Below are positions 24,721-35,053 of a DNA stretch of 52,541 nucleotides, one piece after another. Under the pieces are notes generated by a model. The model had not been told where the DNA came from. It saw only the letters and a list, made by a program, of their open reading frames with translations, and did not search any database. The stretch spans positions 1 through 52,541 of the forward strand of contig DXFG01000023.1 of assembly GCA_019114545.1 (NCBI GenBank), given 5' to 3'. Made by a program: the position numbers and the translations under genes. Source of the DNA: Candidatus Blautia pullistercoris. Lineage in GTDB: Bacteria; Bacillota; Clostridia; Lachnospirales; Lachnospiraceae. How positions within the stretch are numbered: the first letter of the stretch is position 1; every line of letters begins with the position of its first letter.

Positions 24721-25727
24721 GATTCTGTATCTCCCTTATTTTCTCTGTATAACTCTTCAGAAAATCCTTCCCCTCCAAGGACTTTCAGAAACAATTCCGG
24801 CGGCCTGGCAGTTACAGTCTTTTCAGACAGGCCTTTCAGCGTTCCCTCCTCTTTTGGAAAACAAAGTTTCCAGGCATGGAGAAGCTGGCTTTTTACGCCA
24901 TATTTCCTCTCGTACCGTTCATTGCTCTTTTTCTCCCCGTATTTTTTGTCTCCTATGACCGGATGGCCGATTGCTGCCAGATGGCCCCGTATCTGATGGG
25001 AACGGCCGGTCAAAAGTTCCACCATCAGCAAAGTATCTCCTCCCCTGGAAATTTCCAGAGGTTTATACCTGGTCTCAATGGGAAGGCTTCCCGGAATTTC
25101 TTTTTCTGATATGATTACCTGATTTTTCTTTTCATCCTTTTTCAGAAACCCCTTGATATAAGCCGGTTTTTCAATTCTGCCGCTGACCAGGGTCAGATAG
25201 TATTTCTCCATAGACCGTTCCCGAAAACACTCCGACAGAGCCTGAAGCCCCCTTACTGTCTTTCCCGCTGCCACCAGGCCGCTGGTATTCCGGTCCAGCC
25301 GGTTGCAGATACCGGGACGGAAAGTATCGCCTCTCTCCTCGCCCCTTTTTTCTTTCTCCTGAAGATAGCCTGCAATATATTCTACCAGAGAAACATCTTC
25401 CCTGGAAGCCTTTTGGGAAAGCATTCCCGCAGGTTTGTTTACGAAAAGCACCTGATCGTCCTCATAAGGGATATCCAGGGTTCCATGAACTCCATCCTCT
25501 TTCATAGACCCCCGGAATTTTTCTATGGTCTCAGCGGCCAGAAACAGCCTGATCTCATCTTTTTCCTTTAAGATTTCATTTCCCTGGGCCTTTTTCCCGT
25601 TCAGAGTTATATTCTTTTTTCTCATCATCTTATATAGAAAACTCCTGGGAGCCTCTTTTAAATATTTTCCCAGATACTTGTCCAGGCGCTGTCCGCTGTC
25701 TCCCGGTTTCACTGTAATCTGTTCCAT
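24717..25727 (-). CDS. RluA/RluC/RluD-family pseudouridine synthase with S4 domain
   Basis: QRLDKYL, NKPAG, NRLDRNTSGL, TGRSHQIR, GDKKYG, LHA. Confidence 0.93.
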   Translation of the reverse strand: MEQITVKPGDSGQRLDKYLGKYLKEAPRSFLYKMMRKKNITLNGKKAQGNEILKEKDEIRLFLAAETIEKFRGSMKEDGVHGTLDIPYEDDQVLFVNKPAGMLSQKASREDVSLVEYIAGYLQEKEKRGEERGDTFRPGICNRLDRNTSGLVAAGKTVRGLQALSECFRERSMEKYYLTLVSGRIEKPAYIKGFLKKDEKKNQVIISEKEIPGSLPIETRYKPLEISRGGDTLLMVELLTGRSHQIRGHLAAIGHPVIGDKKYGEKKSNERYERKYGVKSQLLHAWKLCFPKEEGTLKGLSEKTVTARPPELFLKVLGGEGFSEELYRENKGDTES

Positions 25728-25735
25728 AAATCCTC

Positions 25736-26356
25736 CTAGAGAGAAATCGCATAAAGCACAGACATGATCTTCTCATTTCTGGTCATATCAGGATCCGCCG
25801 GATCTGGACGGTATTTGATGTCCTTTTCCAGAGCTTCTCTGTGCTCCCACATGGTCTCCAGACGGGCGGTATAGTCCGGCAGCCTCCGAAAGATCTTTAC
25901 CGTCACATAAAATCCGTTTTGCCGGAGCATGGTCTGGATATGTTTTTCTACAAATGCCGTATCCGTCTTCTCTCTGCTTGTATATCCTACCACATTATTG
26001 CCGCAGACTGCCAGAGAATCTACAAAAGACTGTTTTTCATAGGCAGAGATCACCAGCTCATAGGCACAGGTAAGGCCATGCCGGTGTTTCTCGATCTCCT
26101 GATAGTCTTTCTCAGACATAGGTTTCTGTAAAAACATCATGATCATGTCTACCGCAAATTTACAGGCCGGAAGGCAGGCCACTACGGCAACTACCGTAAA
26201 AACCGTATTCCTGGTCCGGTTAATATACAGTCCTGTAAAAAAAACCAGAAGAGGGGCAATAAAAGCCAGGACTGTATACAGAATCCTTTTTTTCTGCTGT
26301 GTCTTGACATACCCGAAGTCTCCCTTCCGGATCTTTTTCTTTCTCGTCTTACTCAT
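25736..26356 (-). CDS. Hypothetical membrane protein (2 TM)
   Basis: Tightly packed in the operon; two hydrophobic segments after a basic N-terminus. Confidence 0.75.
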   Translation of the reverse strand: MSKTRKKKIRKGDFGYVKTQQKKRILYTVLAFIAPLLVFFTGLYINRTRNTVFTVVAVVACLPACKFAVDMIMMFLQKPMSEKDYQEIEKHRHGLTCAYELVISAYEKQSFVDSLAVCGNNVVGYTSREKTDTAFVEKHIQTMLRQNGFYVTVKIFRRLPDYTARLETMWEHREALEKDIKYRPDPADPDMTRNEKIMSVLYAISL

Positions 26357-27126
26357 GAATCTGACTTTCCTTCCATAAATTTCAGTATCAGGCCGTGAGG
26401 AAGGATCTTGCAGCCTGCCTCCAGGATCTTTATAGAGATTCCCGGAACAGACAGTTCCTTTCCCTTTGCTCCGTCCCTTAAAGCTTTTCTCACTACCCCT
26501 TGGGGCCTGTCGATAAAAGGCTTCTTATAAGCGGGCATCCGGTCCTTTCCACCCATTTTTTCCAGGAAAGGAGTATCTACCGGACCGGGACATACTGCAG
26601 TAACCTGGATCTTCCTGCACTTTAGCTCCCGGTTCAAAGCCCTGGAAAAACTCACCACATAGGCTTTTGAAGCCGCATATACCCCGAATCCCGGCTGGGG
26701 GATAAAAGCTGCGGCACTGGCCAGCATAAAGATCCGTCCCCGCTCCCGGCAGTAAGGCAGGCAGAGGCTGGTGATCCCTGTAAGGGCAGTGCAGTTTAGC
26801 TCTGTCATGGAAACAACATCCTTAAGAGAGGTACCGGCAAATTCTTTTTGTACTCCCATTCCTGCAGCATTTACCAGAAACAGGATTTCCGGTTTTTCTT
26901 TCTCTAACAGATCTTTCAGTTTTTCCAGTTCCTCCTCCTTGGAAATGTCTAAAGACAAAGGTCTTATAGGAACCTCCCGGACCTCTTCTTTCAGTTTTTC
27001 CAGTTCTTTGGCCCTTCTGGCAATAATCCAGATCTCATCCAGCCAGGAATACTTCCCGGCGATCTGCCGGACAAACTCTCTTCCTATGCCAGAGGAAGCT
27101 CCTGTGACAACCGCTGTTTTCATCAT
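26353..27126 (-). CDS. SDR-family oxidoreductase
   Basis: TGASSGIG, NAAG, YAASK, CPGPVDT. Confidence 0.93.
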   Translation of the reverse strand: MMKTAVVTGASSGIGREFVRQIAGKYSWLDEIWIIARRAKELEKLKEEVREVPIRPLSLDISKEEELEKLKDLLEKEKPEILFLVNAAGMGVQKEFAGTSLKDVVSMTELNCTALTGITSLCLPYCRERGRIFMLASAAAFIPQPGFGVYAASKAYVVSFSRALNRELKCRKIQVTAVCPGPVDTPFLEKMGGKDRMPAYKKPFIDRPQGVVRKALRDGAKGKELSVPGISIKILEAGCKILPHGLILKFMEGKSDS

Positions 27127-27135
27127 ATCACAACC

Positions 27136-29067
27136 TTACCCTTTTGTCTTTCTTCGATGTACATTCCGGATAGTCTTTTTCTTTCCGGACTTTCCAGCTC
27201 TTTCTCTTCCCGAAGGGCTCTGTCCCCTTTTTTCCTGAATCTTTTCCCCGGTTTTCCCCGGCTTTTCCCCTTTTCGGGGCCGGATCAGACATTTCCCGCC
27301 AAATCCTATAAGATCTGTCCTCCCCGCTTTTTCCAGAGCTTCCCGGACCAGTCCATAATTTTCCGGCTTCCGGTACTGGAGGAGAGCCCTCTGCATAGCC
27401 TTTTCTCTGGGATCTTTCGGCACATAGACCTTTTTCCCGGTCCGGGGATCGATACCGGTATAGTACATACAAGTGGACATAGTAGAGGGCGTAGGATAAA
27501 AATCCTGGACCTGCTCCGGCGTAAAACCCATATCTCTTACATACTCTGCCAGCTTTACCGCTTCCTTCATAGTACAGCCCGGATGGGAAGACATCAGATA
27601 TGGCACTGCATACTGTTTCATTCCATATTTCTCGTTTATCTTATAAAATCTCCGGATAAATTTTTCATAGACCTGATGCTCCGGTTTACCCATGTAGTAC
27701 AGGACCCGGTCGGAAACATGTTCCGGAGCTACCCGAAGCTGGCCGCTGATATGATAGCGTACCAGTTCCTCCAGAAAATCCGGGGAAGGATCTTCATTTA
27801 CATAGTCAAACCGGATCCCGGAACGGATAAACACCTTCTTTACCCCAGGCAGCTTCCGCAGCTTTCCAAGAAGTTCCAGATAATCCCTATGGTCTGCTTC
27901 CAGATTTTTGCAGGGTTTGGGGAAAAGGCACTGCCGATTGGTACAGATTCCCTTTGTCATCTGCTTTTTGCAGGAAGGATGTCGGAAGTCTGCCGTAGGC
28001 CCTCCCACGTCATGGATATATCCTTTGAAATCCGGCTCCTTCGTGAACTTTTCTGCTTCCTCCAATATGGACTCCTGGCTCCTGGTCTGGACGATCCTGC
28101 CCTGGTGAAAAGCCAGAGCGCAGAAGTTGCAGCCGCCGAAACACCCCCGGTTACTGGTAATGCTGAAGCGGATCTCCTCAATCGCCGGGATTTTTCCTGC
28201 CTTCTCATACATGGGATGATAAGCTCCGGCATAGGGGAGTCCGTAAATCTCATCCATCTCTTTCTGATTTAAGGGCATAGAAGGAGGATTCTGTACAATA
28301 TACCCTTTTCCTCCATAACTTTCTATTAATATCTTTCCCGTAAAAGGATCGGTATTTTCATATTGTATCCGGAAACTCTCGGCATAGGCCTTTTTCTCTG
28401 TGGAAACTTCCTCATAGGAAGGCAGCCGGATCCCCTTTTGGGGAGGTTCTTTGGTTCGGTATACGGTTCCGGGAATATTGGTAATATGTTCCACCGGGAT
28501 CCCCATATCCAGAGCTTCAGCAATTTTCAGGATACTCCTCTCTCCCATGCCATAGGAGATCAGATCCGCTCCGGAATCCAGAAGGACCGAATGCTTCATA
28601 GTATCTGCCCAGTAGTCGTAATGGGCCAGTCTTCTGAGAGAAGCCTCGATCCCGCCCAGGATAATGGGAACATCTTTATAGGTCTGCCGGATCAGATTAC
28701 TGTAGACCGTCACAGCCCGGTCCGGCCTGAGTCCCATTGTTCCTCCCGGGGAATAAGCGTCGGTTTTCCGGTGCTTTCTGGAAACCGTATAATGGTTTAC
28801 CATAGAGTCCATATTCCCTGCTGATACCAGAAAAGCCAATCTTGGCTCTCCGAAAACAGCAATGCTCTCTTTTTTCTTCCAGTCCGGCTGAGGAATCATC
28901 CCTACGGAATAGCCTCTGCTCTCTAACAATCTTGTGATGATAGCCGCTCCAAAGGAAGGATGATCCACATAGGCATCTCCGGAAATATATACAAAATCCG
29001 GCTGAAAGATCCCTCTCTTTTCCATCTCTTCCCGTGTCACCGGCAAAAATTCTTTACTCATAGGCAC
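27136..29067 (-). CDS. ygiQ: YgiQ-family (UPF0313) radical SAM protein
   Basis: GDAYVDHPSFG, GGIEASLRR, CFGGCNFC (CxxxCxxC), QVQDFYPTP. Confidence 0.93.
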   Translation of the reverse strand: MPMSKEFLPVTREEMEKRGIFQPDFVYISGDAYVDHPSFGAAIITRLLESRGYSVGMIPQPDWKKKESIAVFGEPRLAFLVSAGNMDSMVNHYTVSRKHRKTDAYSPGGTMGLRPDRAVTVYSNLIRQTYKDVPIILGGIEASLRRLAHYDYWADTMKHSVLLDSGADLISYGMGERSILKIAEALDMGIPVEHITNIPGTVYRTKEPPQKGIRLPSYEEVSTEKKAYAESFRIQYENTDPFTGKILIESYGGKGYIVQNPPSMPLNQKEMDEIYGLPYAGAYHPMYEKAGKIPAIEEIRFSITSNRGCFGGCNFCALAFHQGRIVQTRSQESILEEAEKFTKEPDFKGYIHDVGGPTADFRHPSCKKQMTKGICTNRQCLFPKPCKNLEADHRDYLELLGKLRKLPGVKKVFIRSGIRFDYVNEDPSPDFLEELVRYHISGQLRVAPEHVSDRVLYYMGKPEHQVYEKFIRRFYKINEKYGMKQYAVPYLMSSHPGCTMKEAVKLAEYVRDMGFTPEQVQDFYPTPSTMSTCMYYTGIDPRTGKKVYVPKDPREKAMQRALLQYRKPENYGLVREALEKAGRTDLIGFGGKCLIRPRKGEKPGKTGEKIQEKRGQSPSGRERAGKSGKKKTIRNVHRRKTKG

Positions 29068-29723
29068 TCCCTGAGAACTTCGTAATAATCCTGGATATAC
29101 CAGTCTGCCAGTTCCCGCTTTTCTTTCTCCTGCTTTTTGCTGAAGGCATCCTCCACAGCGCAGACCTTCATGCCCGCCCGTTTTCCTGCCAGGATCCCCA
29201 TAGGCACATCCTCAAACACCAGGCAGTCCGCTGGAGAAATTTCCAGTCCCCTGGCAGTCTCCAGATAAACATCCGGCGCCGGTTTTCCTGCAGGCACCTG
29301 ACAGCAGGTGGTGATACAGCCAAAATATTCTTCTATATGATGGGCTTTCAAAACCTTCCGGATCAGTTCCCGGCTGTTGCTGGAGCTGATCCCGATCTGA
29401 AAGTCTCTTTTTTTCAATGCTTCCAGGAACTCCCCTGCTCCTGGCTTAAGAGGAACCTGATGACAGTATTTATCCTCTGCCATCAGGATCCAGGTGTCTT
29501 TGATCTCCTCTATAGAATCCGTAAGATGAAACCGTTCTTTAAAGAAACCGGCGGTCTCCGTAAATCCCATGCCTTCCAGCTGATTCTGGAAAGCCTGGAT
29601 ATCTTCGGGAATCACCACTCCTTTCCCGGAAAGGAACTGGATGTCGATCTCCTTCCACATCCACATAGAGTCCACCAGTGTCCCGTCTAAATCAAATATC
29701 ACTGCTTTTCTGTTTTCCAGCAT
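29058..29723 (-). CDS. HAD-family phosphatase
   Basis: FDLDGTLVDS, KPAPD, FED. Confidence 0.92.
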   Translation of the reverse strand: MLENRKAVIFDLDGTLVDSMWMWKEIDIQFLSGKGVVIPEDIQAFQNQLEGMGFTETAGFFKERFHLTDSIEEIKDTWILMAEDKYCHQVPLKPGAGEFLEALKKRDFQIGISSSNSRELIRKVLKAHHIEEYFGCITTCCQVPAGKPAPDVYLETARGLEISPADCLVFEDVPMGILAGKRAGMKVCAVEDAFSKKQEKEKRELADWYIQDYYEVLRECL

Positions 29724-30432
29724 GTTCTTTTAACCTCTTAATTTCTTCCTGAGTCAGAGGCCTGTATGCTCCCGGTTCAAGATTTTCATCCAACTCCAGC
29801 GTACCCATAGACAGCCGTTTTAAATACAGCACCTCGTTATCCACCGCCTGAAACATTCTCTTTATCTGATGAAATTTTCCCTCCCGGATCGTAAGACAGA
29901 GACTTGTCCTCTCCGGAGCCATCCGGGAAATTTTCCCAGGCAGAGTTAATTTTTCTTCTCCTATATCCACTCCCGTCTCCAGCAATTTCACATGTTCCGT
30001 GGACACCGGTTCCTTCACTTTCACAAAATACGTCTTATCCACATGTTTTCTGGGAGACAGCAGCTCATGTGCCAAAGCCCCGTCATTGGTGATCAGAAGG
30101 AGTCCTTCCGTATCCTTGTCCAGCCGGCCTACAGGAAAGAGGTCTTTCCGCCTTTTTTCTGTGATCAGATCCACCACTGTTTTTTCCCTTTTATCTTCTG
30201 TGGCAGAGACCACCCCCGCCGGCTTGTTCAGCATATAATACTCCAGTTCCGCATAAGAAACCTGCTGTCCCTTTGCAGTTACCTGATCTTTCCCTGTATC
30301 GATCTTATACTCCGGATTTTTCACAGTCATGCCATTTACCTGAATGGATCCTTTTTTGATTTCCTTTTTTACTTCACTTCTGGTTCCCAGACCCATATCT
30401 GCCAGGAATTTGTCCAATCTGATCTTTCCCAT
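29692..30432 (-). CDS. rsuA: RsuA-family pseudouridine synthase
   Basis: RLDKFLA S4 domain, GRLDKDTEGLL, EGKFHQIKRMF. Confidence 0.9.
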   Translation of the reverse strand: MGKIRLDKFLADMGLGTRSEVKKEIKKGSIQVNGMTVKNPEYKIDTGKDQVTAKGQQVSYAELEYYMLNKPAGVVSATEDKREKTVVDLITEKRRKDLFPVGRLDKDTEGLLLITNDGALAHELLSPRKHVDKTYFVKVKEPVSTEHVKLLETGVDIGEEKLTLPGKISRMAPERTSLCLTIREGKFHQIKRMFQAVDNEVLYLKRLSMGTLELDENLEPGAYRPLTQEEIKRLKEHAGKQKSSDI

Positions 30433-31826
30433 TACATCAGCCTCCAGCCCGGATAATATTTATTTTTCAGGATTCCTCCGTTTAATTTGCCCCAGCCCAG
30501 GGCAAAACCGTCCACACATACCAGCTGCCAGCCCTTTTTGCGGGCTGTGGGAAGATCCGCTGTATCAAGAGTCTCTCCCTTTAAATATTTCAGCGTCCGG
30601 ATATCTTTTGAGGAAAGGTTCATACAAGAATCAAAAGTCTCCGGAGAAAGAGCCATGGCGAAAGCCTGGCTGGGCTCAAACCGATTCTTTTTCACATCTC
30701 CCAGATACAGCCCTGTGCGGAGGTAGCGGAGTCTTGGCATCTTTTCTCCTCCCGGCAGAAAATAGACCCTTTCTCCTTCTGTTTTAAAGGATCCCCCGGA
30801 GAAGTCCAGGGACACTGTTTTCAGAAACTCCTGGACCGGCAGAGGCAGAGAAACACTCTTTTCCCTTGCGGTCTTTTCCTCTGGCGCCTCGCCCTTCTTT
30901 CTCAGAAGAGCGGCAAAATGTCCTTCCCCTGAAATCTTATGGGGAAAAAGGCGGATACACTTCTTAAGCTGGCTGTTGATTTCCTCCGTTTCTCCCTCTA
31001 AAGGAAATCCCATTGAAAAATCTTTATAAGGCACAGGATCTGCAGTCTCCATATCCGGCCGTTCCTTTAGGAGAAAAGCGATCACCTCTTCATTCTCTTT
31101 CTTGGAAAAAGTACAGGTAGAATAGAGAAGCATCCCTCCCGGCCGGAGCATATCCGCTCCCTGGAGAATCAGTTTTTTCTGGATCTGTGCATAATAGGCC
31201 GGGGGTTTTTCTTCCCAATAACGGGCCATCTGAGGCTCTTTGTGGAACATTCCTTCTCCTGAACAGGGAGCATCGATCAATATCTTATGAAAGTATTCGG
31301 AAAAGTTTTCCCTCAGCCTTTCCGGATCTTCACTGGTCACATAATAGTTAGGCAGTCCCGTCAGTTCCAGATTTTTCAAAAGGGCTTTTGCCCGGCTGTT
31401 ACTGATATCATTTGCCACCAGAAACCCTTTTCCACAAAGCCGTGATCCCAGCTCTGTGGCCTTTCCTCCAGGGGCTGCACACAAGTCCAGGACTCTCTCT
31501 CCCGGCTTTACCGGAAGGCGGCTGGCCGGAGTCATGGCGCTGGGTTCCTGTATGTAATATAGGCCGGCATAATAATAGGGGTGCCGGGAAGGGCCAAAGC
31601 CCTTCTCCTCCCCCTCTTTCTTGTCTGCATAATATCCGTTTTCCGTCCAGGGAACCGGCCGGCATCCGAAAGGATCTATAGCCTCCCATTTTTCCCTGGT
31701 CAGTTTTCGGGAATTGATCCGCAGTCCCTGGCGCACCGGGCGTTCATAGGTGGCCAGATAAGCCGGATACTCCTCTCCCAGGAGTTCTTTCATCTCATCT
31801 GTAAATGCTTTTGGTAATTCTATCAT
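30432..31826 (-). CDS. rsmF: RsmF/NOL1/NOP2/Sun-family rRNA m5C methyltransferase
   Basis: YIQEPSAM, LDLCAAPGGK, DAPCSGEGMF, YSTCTF, C-terminal KNKYYPGW. Confidence 0.9.
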   Translation of the reverse strand: MIELPKAFTDEMKELLGEEYPAYLATYERPVRQGLRINSRKLTREKWEAIDPFGCRPVPWTENGYYADKKEGEEKGFGPSRHPYYYAGLYYIQEPSAMTPASRLPVKPGERVLDLCAAPGGKATELGSRLCGKGFLVANDISNSRAKALLKNLELTGLPNYYVTSEDPERLRENFSEYFHKILIDAPCSGEGMFHKEPQMARYWEEKPPAYYAQIQKKLILQGADMLRPGGMLLYSTCTFSKKENEEVIAFLLKERPDMETADPVPYKDFSMGFPLEGETEEINSQLKKCIRLFPHKISGEGHFAALLRKKGEAPEEKTAREKSVSLPLPVQEFLKTVSLDFSGGSFKTEGERVYFLPGGEKMPRLRYLRTGLYLGDVKKNRFEPSQAFAMALSPETFDSCMNLSSKDIRTLKYLKGETLDTADLPTARKKGWQLVCVDGFALGWGKLNGGILKNKYYPGWRLM

Positions 31827-32656
31827 CTCTGCCAGCTTCCCTCAATTCCTTTAAAATTCAGTGCCTGAGCCTGATACCCTTCTGCAATGATATCCAGCTC
31901 TCGATGGAACCGCTCAAGCTGCTTCAGGTCTTTTCTCTTATAAATTCTGTAAAACTCATCCTGGATCTTTGCCACTTCCCGCTTATTGGAGTAGTGGTAT
32001 AGATTTTCAATATTGTTCAAAATATCTGCCACCAGGTTGGACTGATGGAGCATAGAATTCTGAGCATCCATAACCTCGTTTCTCACAGAAGACATTTCCG
32101 TATCCAGCTGGATAATGGAATTGGCCGCATTAGTCAGACGTTCTGCCAGATGGGGCGGCATATTTCCCTTATACTTATACTGAAGGGAGTGTTCAATAGT
32201 AGCCCAGAAATTCATGGCCAGGGTCCGGATCTGAATTTCCGCCCGGATCTCCTTCTTTCCTTCCAGGGTTTCTGTGGAATAACCGATGATCATATGATAG
32301 CTCCGGTATCCGCTCTCCTTCATATGGGTTACATAGTCCTTGATCTCCAGAACCTGCATATCGCTGCGGTTCCTGATAAGATCTGCCACCTTCTCAATAT
32401 CCTCGTAAAACTGGCAGATGATCCGTACTCCGGCAATGTCCTCTACCTTTTCTTCCAGTTCCTCCCAGGATATGTTCTTTCTCTGCATTTTTTCCAGTAT
32501 GCTGTTAATGGATTTTACCCTTCCTGTTACCTCTTCAATAGGGGAATAAAGGTCTTTCTCCTGGTGCTCCTTTTTCAGATGATTAAACTTCATAACCAGT
32601 TCTTTCACCGCAAGTTCATAGGGGATCAGTAATTCACGCCACAAACGTATTTCCAT
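31823..32656 (-). CDS. Small alarmone synthetase ((p)ppGpp synthetase, RelQ/RelP-like)
   Basis: GRVKSINSI, EDIAGVR, SGYRSYH, EIQIRTLAMNFWATIEH. Confidence 0.93.
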   Translation of the reverse strand: MEIRLWRELLIPYELAVKELVMKFNHLKKEHQEKDLYSPIEEVTGRVKSINSILEKMQRKNISWEELEEKVEDIAGVRIICQFYEDIEKVADLIRNRSDMQVLEIKDYVTHMKESGYRSYHMIIGYSTETLEGKKEIRAEIQIRTLAMNFWATIEHSLQYKYKGNMPPHLAERLTNAANSIIQLDTEMSSVRNEVMDAQNSMLHQSNLVADILNNIENLYHYSNKREVAKIQDEFYRIYKRKDLKQLERFHRELDIIAEGYQAQALNFKGIEGSWQR

Positions 32657-32708
32657 AACACATTACTCCTTAACTATATCTTTAAAGTATAGCATATTTT
32701 TCTCTTTT

Positions 32709-33374
32709 TTAATAGGAGAAAATTTTCTGCTTTTCCTGTAAGAACTGAAGCACCGGATATGGGTTCAGGGCGTACTCCGGATTTTCTTTTGTTTCCACAT
32801 AAATCCCCAGGTGGAGATGAGGGGCAAACATTCCTGTGGTTCCCTCAGGTCCGTAACCGCTGTCTCCTAAAAACCCCAGCAGTTCCCCGGCTTTCACCGG
32901 ATCTCCTTTCTGAAAATCCCGTCCGTAGGAAGAAAGATGGGCATAATAAAAATATCCTCCTCCGTGACTTCTCACACCGATCCGCCAGCCGCCCAGGGGC
33001 AGCCATCCCACCTGTTCCACCCATCCGTCTGTAATACTGACCACAGGATAATAACCGGTGAGATTCTGGCTTCCAAAAATATCGCAGCCTTCGTGGAACC
33101 GTTCCCCGCCGTAGCTTCTCTTGTCATGCCAGCCGTCTTCAAAAGAAAATGTCTCCGCCCCTTCCCGTGGGAAGGCCAGAGGAAAGTATTCCAGATCTTC
33201 CCAGAAATCTATGTAGAGCAGAGCATCTTTTCTGCTGATACCTGCCTCCTGAAAGCTCTCCCGGGGAATTCCCGCCTCCTGCAGCACGTCCAGGGAAGTC
33301 CTTTCCCTCAGATTTCCCAGAAGCTGGGCATCGGCAAAAAGAAACAGCCACAAAAGAAGTATCCATTTCCGCAC
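32709..33374 (-). CDS. M23-family metallopeptidase (LytH-like, exported)
   Basis: HEGCD, YYAHL, PHLH. GTG 33374 follows GGAGG and precedes a signal-like segment. Confidence 0.88.
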   Translation of the reverse strand: MRKWILLLWLFLFADAQLLGNLRERTSLDVLQEAGIPRESFQEAGISRKDALLYIDFWEDLEYFPLAFPREGAETFSFEDGWHDKRSYGGERFHEGCDIFGSQNLTGYYPVVSITDGWVEQVGWLPLGGWRIGVRSHGGGYFYYAHLSSYGRDFQKGDPVKAGELLGFLGDSGYGPEGTTGMFAPHLHLGIYVETKENPEYALNPYPVLQFLQEKQKIFSY

Positions 33375-33433
33375 AAAAACACCTCCGTCCGCCAAGGGAA
33401 TACCTGGTGAATGCAAGTTCTTACCAGTGTATC

Positions 33434-33463
33434 ATTTTATGCACAGACAGAGGTATTTATGAC
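33434..33463 (-). promoter_or_regulatory. Putative sigmaE promoter of the M23 peptidase
   Basis: TCATAAA-14 bp-CATAAAAT. Confidence 0.55.
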
Positions 33464-33464
33464 A

Positions 33465-34916
33465 TTATTCTTTCATATTTTTCAAAACTTCTGTAAGGTA
33501 TTCCCATACTCTCTGGACAGAAGAGATCGAAAGCTGTTCTTCTGTAGTATGGATATCCTTCATATCCGGTCCCAGAGATACACAGTCCAGTCCCGGGATC
33601 TTCTCATAGAAAAGACCGCATTCCAGCCCTGCATGGATGACCTTTACCTCCGGTCTGGTATGGAAAAGTTTTTCATAAATATCTACCATATAGGGGCGGA
33701 GCTTGGAGTCCTGCTTATACTCCCAGGAGGGATAGTCTCCCTCTGCTTTGTACTCCCCACCTAAGAATTCCGTCAGATAGGCGATCTTATCAGCCAGAGC
33801 TTTCTTCTCTGTAGCTACGGAACTGCGGACACTTGCAGAGCACTGGAAACTCTCAGGGGTCAGTCTGACAATACCCAGATTGCAGGAAGTTTCTACCAGT
33901 CCTTCCATGTAACCGCACATTTTCTGTATTCCATTGGGGTAATGGAGAAGGAAGAAAAGGACTTTTTCCAGGCTTACCGGATGGAGCACCGGTTCCTGTC
34001 CTTCTCCCCTGGCTTCTACTGTCACTGTGATCCCCTCATCACTGCCCGTATATTCCTTTCTGAGATTTTCCGTAAATTCTCCGGCAAACTTCCGGAGTTC
34101 TTCCCCGGTATCACAGTCTGCCAGGATCAATGCCCGGGCCATTCTTGGGATGGCATTGTCTTTCTGACCGCCTTCCAGTTCCGCCAGAAGATACTGTCCC
34201 TTTTCTCTGGCCTCAAAAAGGAAACGGCCCAGAAGCAAAGTTGCATTTGCCCTGTTTTTATCAATCTCCGATCCGGAGTGACCTCCCAGAAGACCGGATA
34301 CGGCAATCTCATATTTCATGCCGGCAGCTTCCTGATATTTTACCGGAATATTGGTCTGGGCAGTCAGCCCTCCGGCACAGCCTACCCACAGATATCCCTC
34401 TTCCTCAGAATCCAGATTGATCAGATATCTTCCTTTCAGCGGCGCAGTGTCCAAAGCTGCAGCACCCAGAAGTCCGATTTCCTCATCTACTGTGATCAGC
34501 ACCTCCAGGGCGGGATGGCAAAGACTTTCATCTTCCAGGATTGCCAGGGCATAGGCCACTGCGATGCCATCGTCCCCTCCCAGCGTGGTATCTTTCGCAG
34601 AAATATAATCCCCTTCCACCATCAGCTCCAGAGGATCTTTCGTAAAATCATGGCTGCTTTCCGGTATCTTCTCGCATACCATATCCATATGTCCCTGAAG
34701 GATCACACAGGGCGCTTTCTCATAACCTTTAGAGGCTTCTTTAAAGATGATCACATTATTGCTCTCGTCCTGTATATATTTCAGATCATGGGCTCTGGCA
34801 AATTCCACCAGATAATCACTGATCTGTTTTGTATTTCCTGAGCCGTGGGGAATTTTTGTAATCTCCTCAAAATAATAAAATACCCGTTCCGGCTGTAAGT
34901 TTTTTAAAACAGACAT
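33465..34916 (-). CDS. pepD: Aminoacyl-histidine dipeptidase (M20C)
   Basis: IPHGSGN, QGHMDMVCEK, TLGGDDG, DEEIGL, GGHSG, HAGLECG. Confidence 0.95.
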   Translation of the reverse strand: MSVLKNLQPERVFYYFEEITKIPHGSGNTKQISDYLVEFARAHDLKYIQDESNNVIIFKEASKGYEKAPCVILQGHMDMVCEKIPESSHDFTKDPLELMVEGDYISAKDTTLGGDDGIAVAYALAILEDESLCHPALEVLITVDEEIGLLGAAALDTAPLKGRYLINLDSEEEGYLWVGCAGGLTAQTNIPVKYQEAAGMKYEIAVSGLLGGHSGSEIDKNRANATLLLGRFLFEAREKGQYLLAELEGGQKDNAIPRMARALILADCDTGEELRKFAGEFTENLRKEYTGSDEGITVTVEARGEGQEPVLHPVSLEKVLFFLLHYPNGIQKMCGYMEGLVETSCNLGIVRLTPESFQCSASVRSSVATEKKALADKIAYLTEFLGGEYKAEGDYPSWEYKQDSKLRPYMVDIYEKLFHTRPEVKVIHAGLECGLFYEKIPGLDCVSLGPDMKDIHTTEEQLSISSVQRVWEYLTEVLKNMKE

Positions 34917-34996
34917 ATTTTTTCCTCCTGTTTCTTTCTGAATTTACTCTCTTATTCTTACACATTCCTTTAGAATTGGCAAGCCTCCATTTCCCT

Positions 34997-35025
34997 GTCA
35001 TGAAAAAGGCAGCGATTCATATATT
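34997..35025 (+). promoter_or_regulatory. Putative sigmaE promoter of ylbJ
   Basis: TCATGAA-13 bp-CATATATT. Confidence 0.5.
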
Positions 35026-35053
35026 TTAAGTAAAGATCCGAAGGACATTCTCT

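Noticed and set aside
27157-28272. 371-aa plus-strand ORF (likewise 33942..34841, 2993..3739, 6709..7407, 13227..13931, 42422..43081)
   Set aside because: All lie antisense to well-supported genes and show no domain motifs.
31823-32656. Toxic small alarmone synthetase (toxSAS) toxin-antitoxin system
   Set aside because: Housekeeping RelQ-like motifs, core operon context, and no adjacent antitoxin or mobile element.
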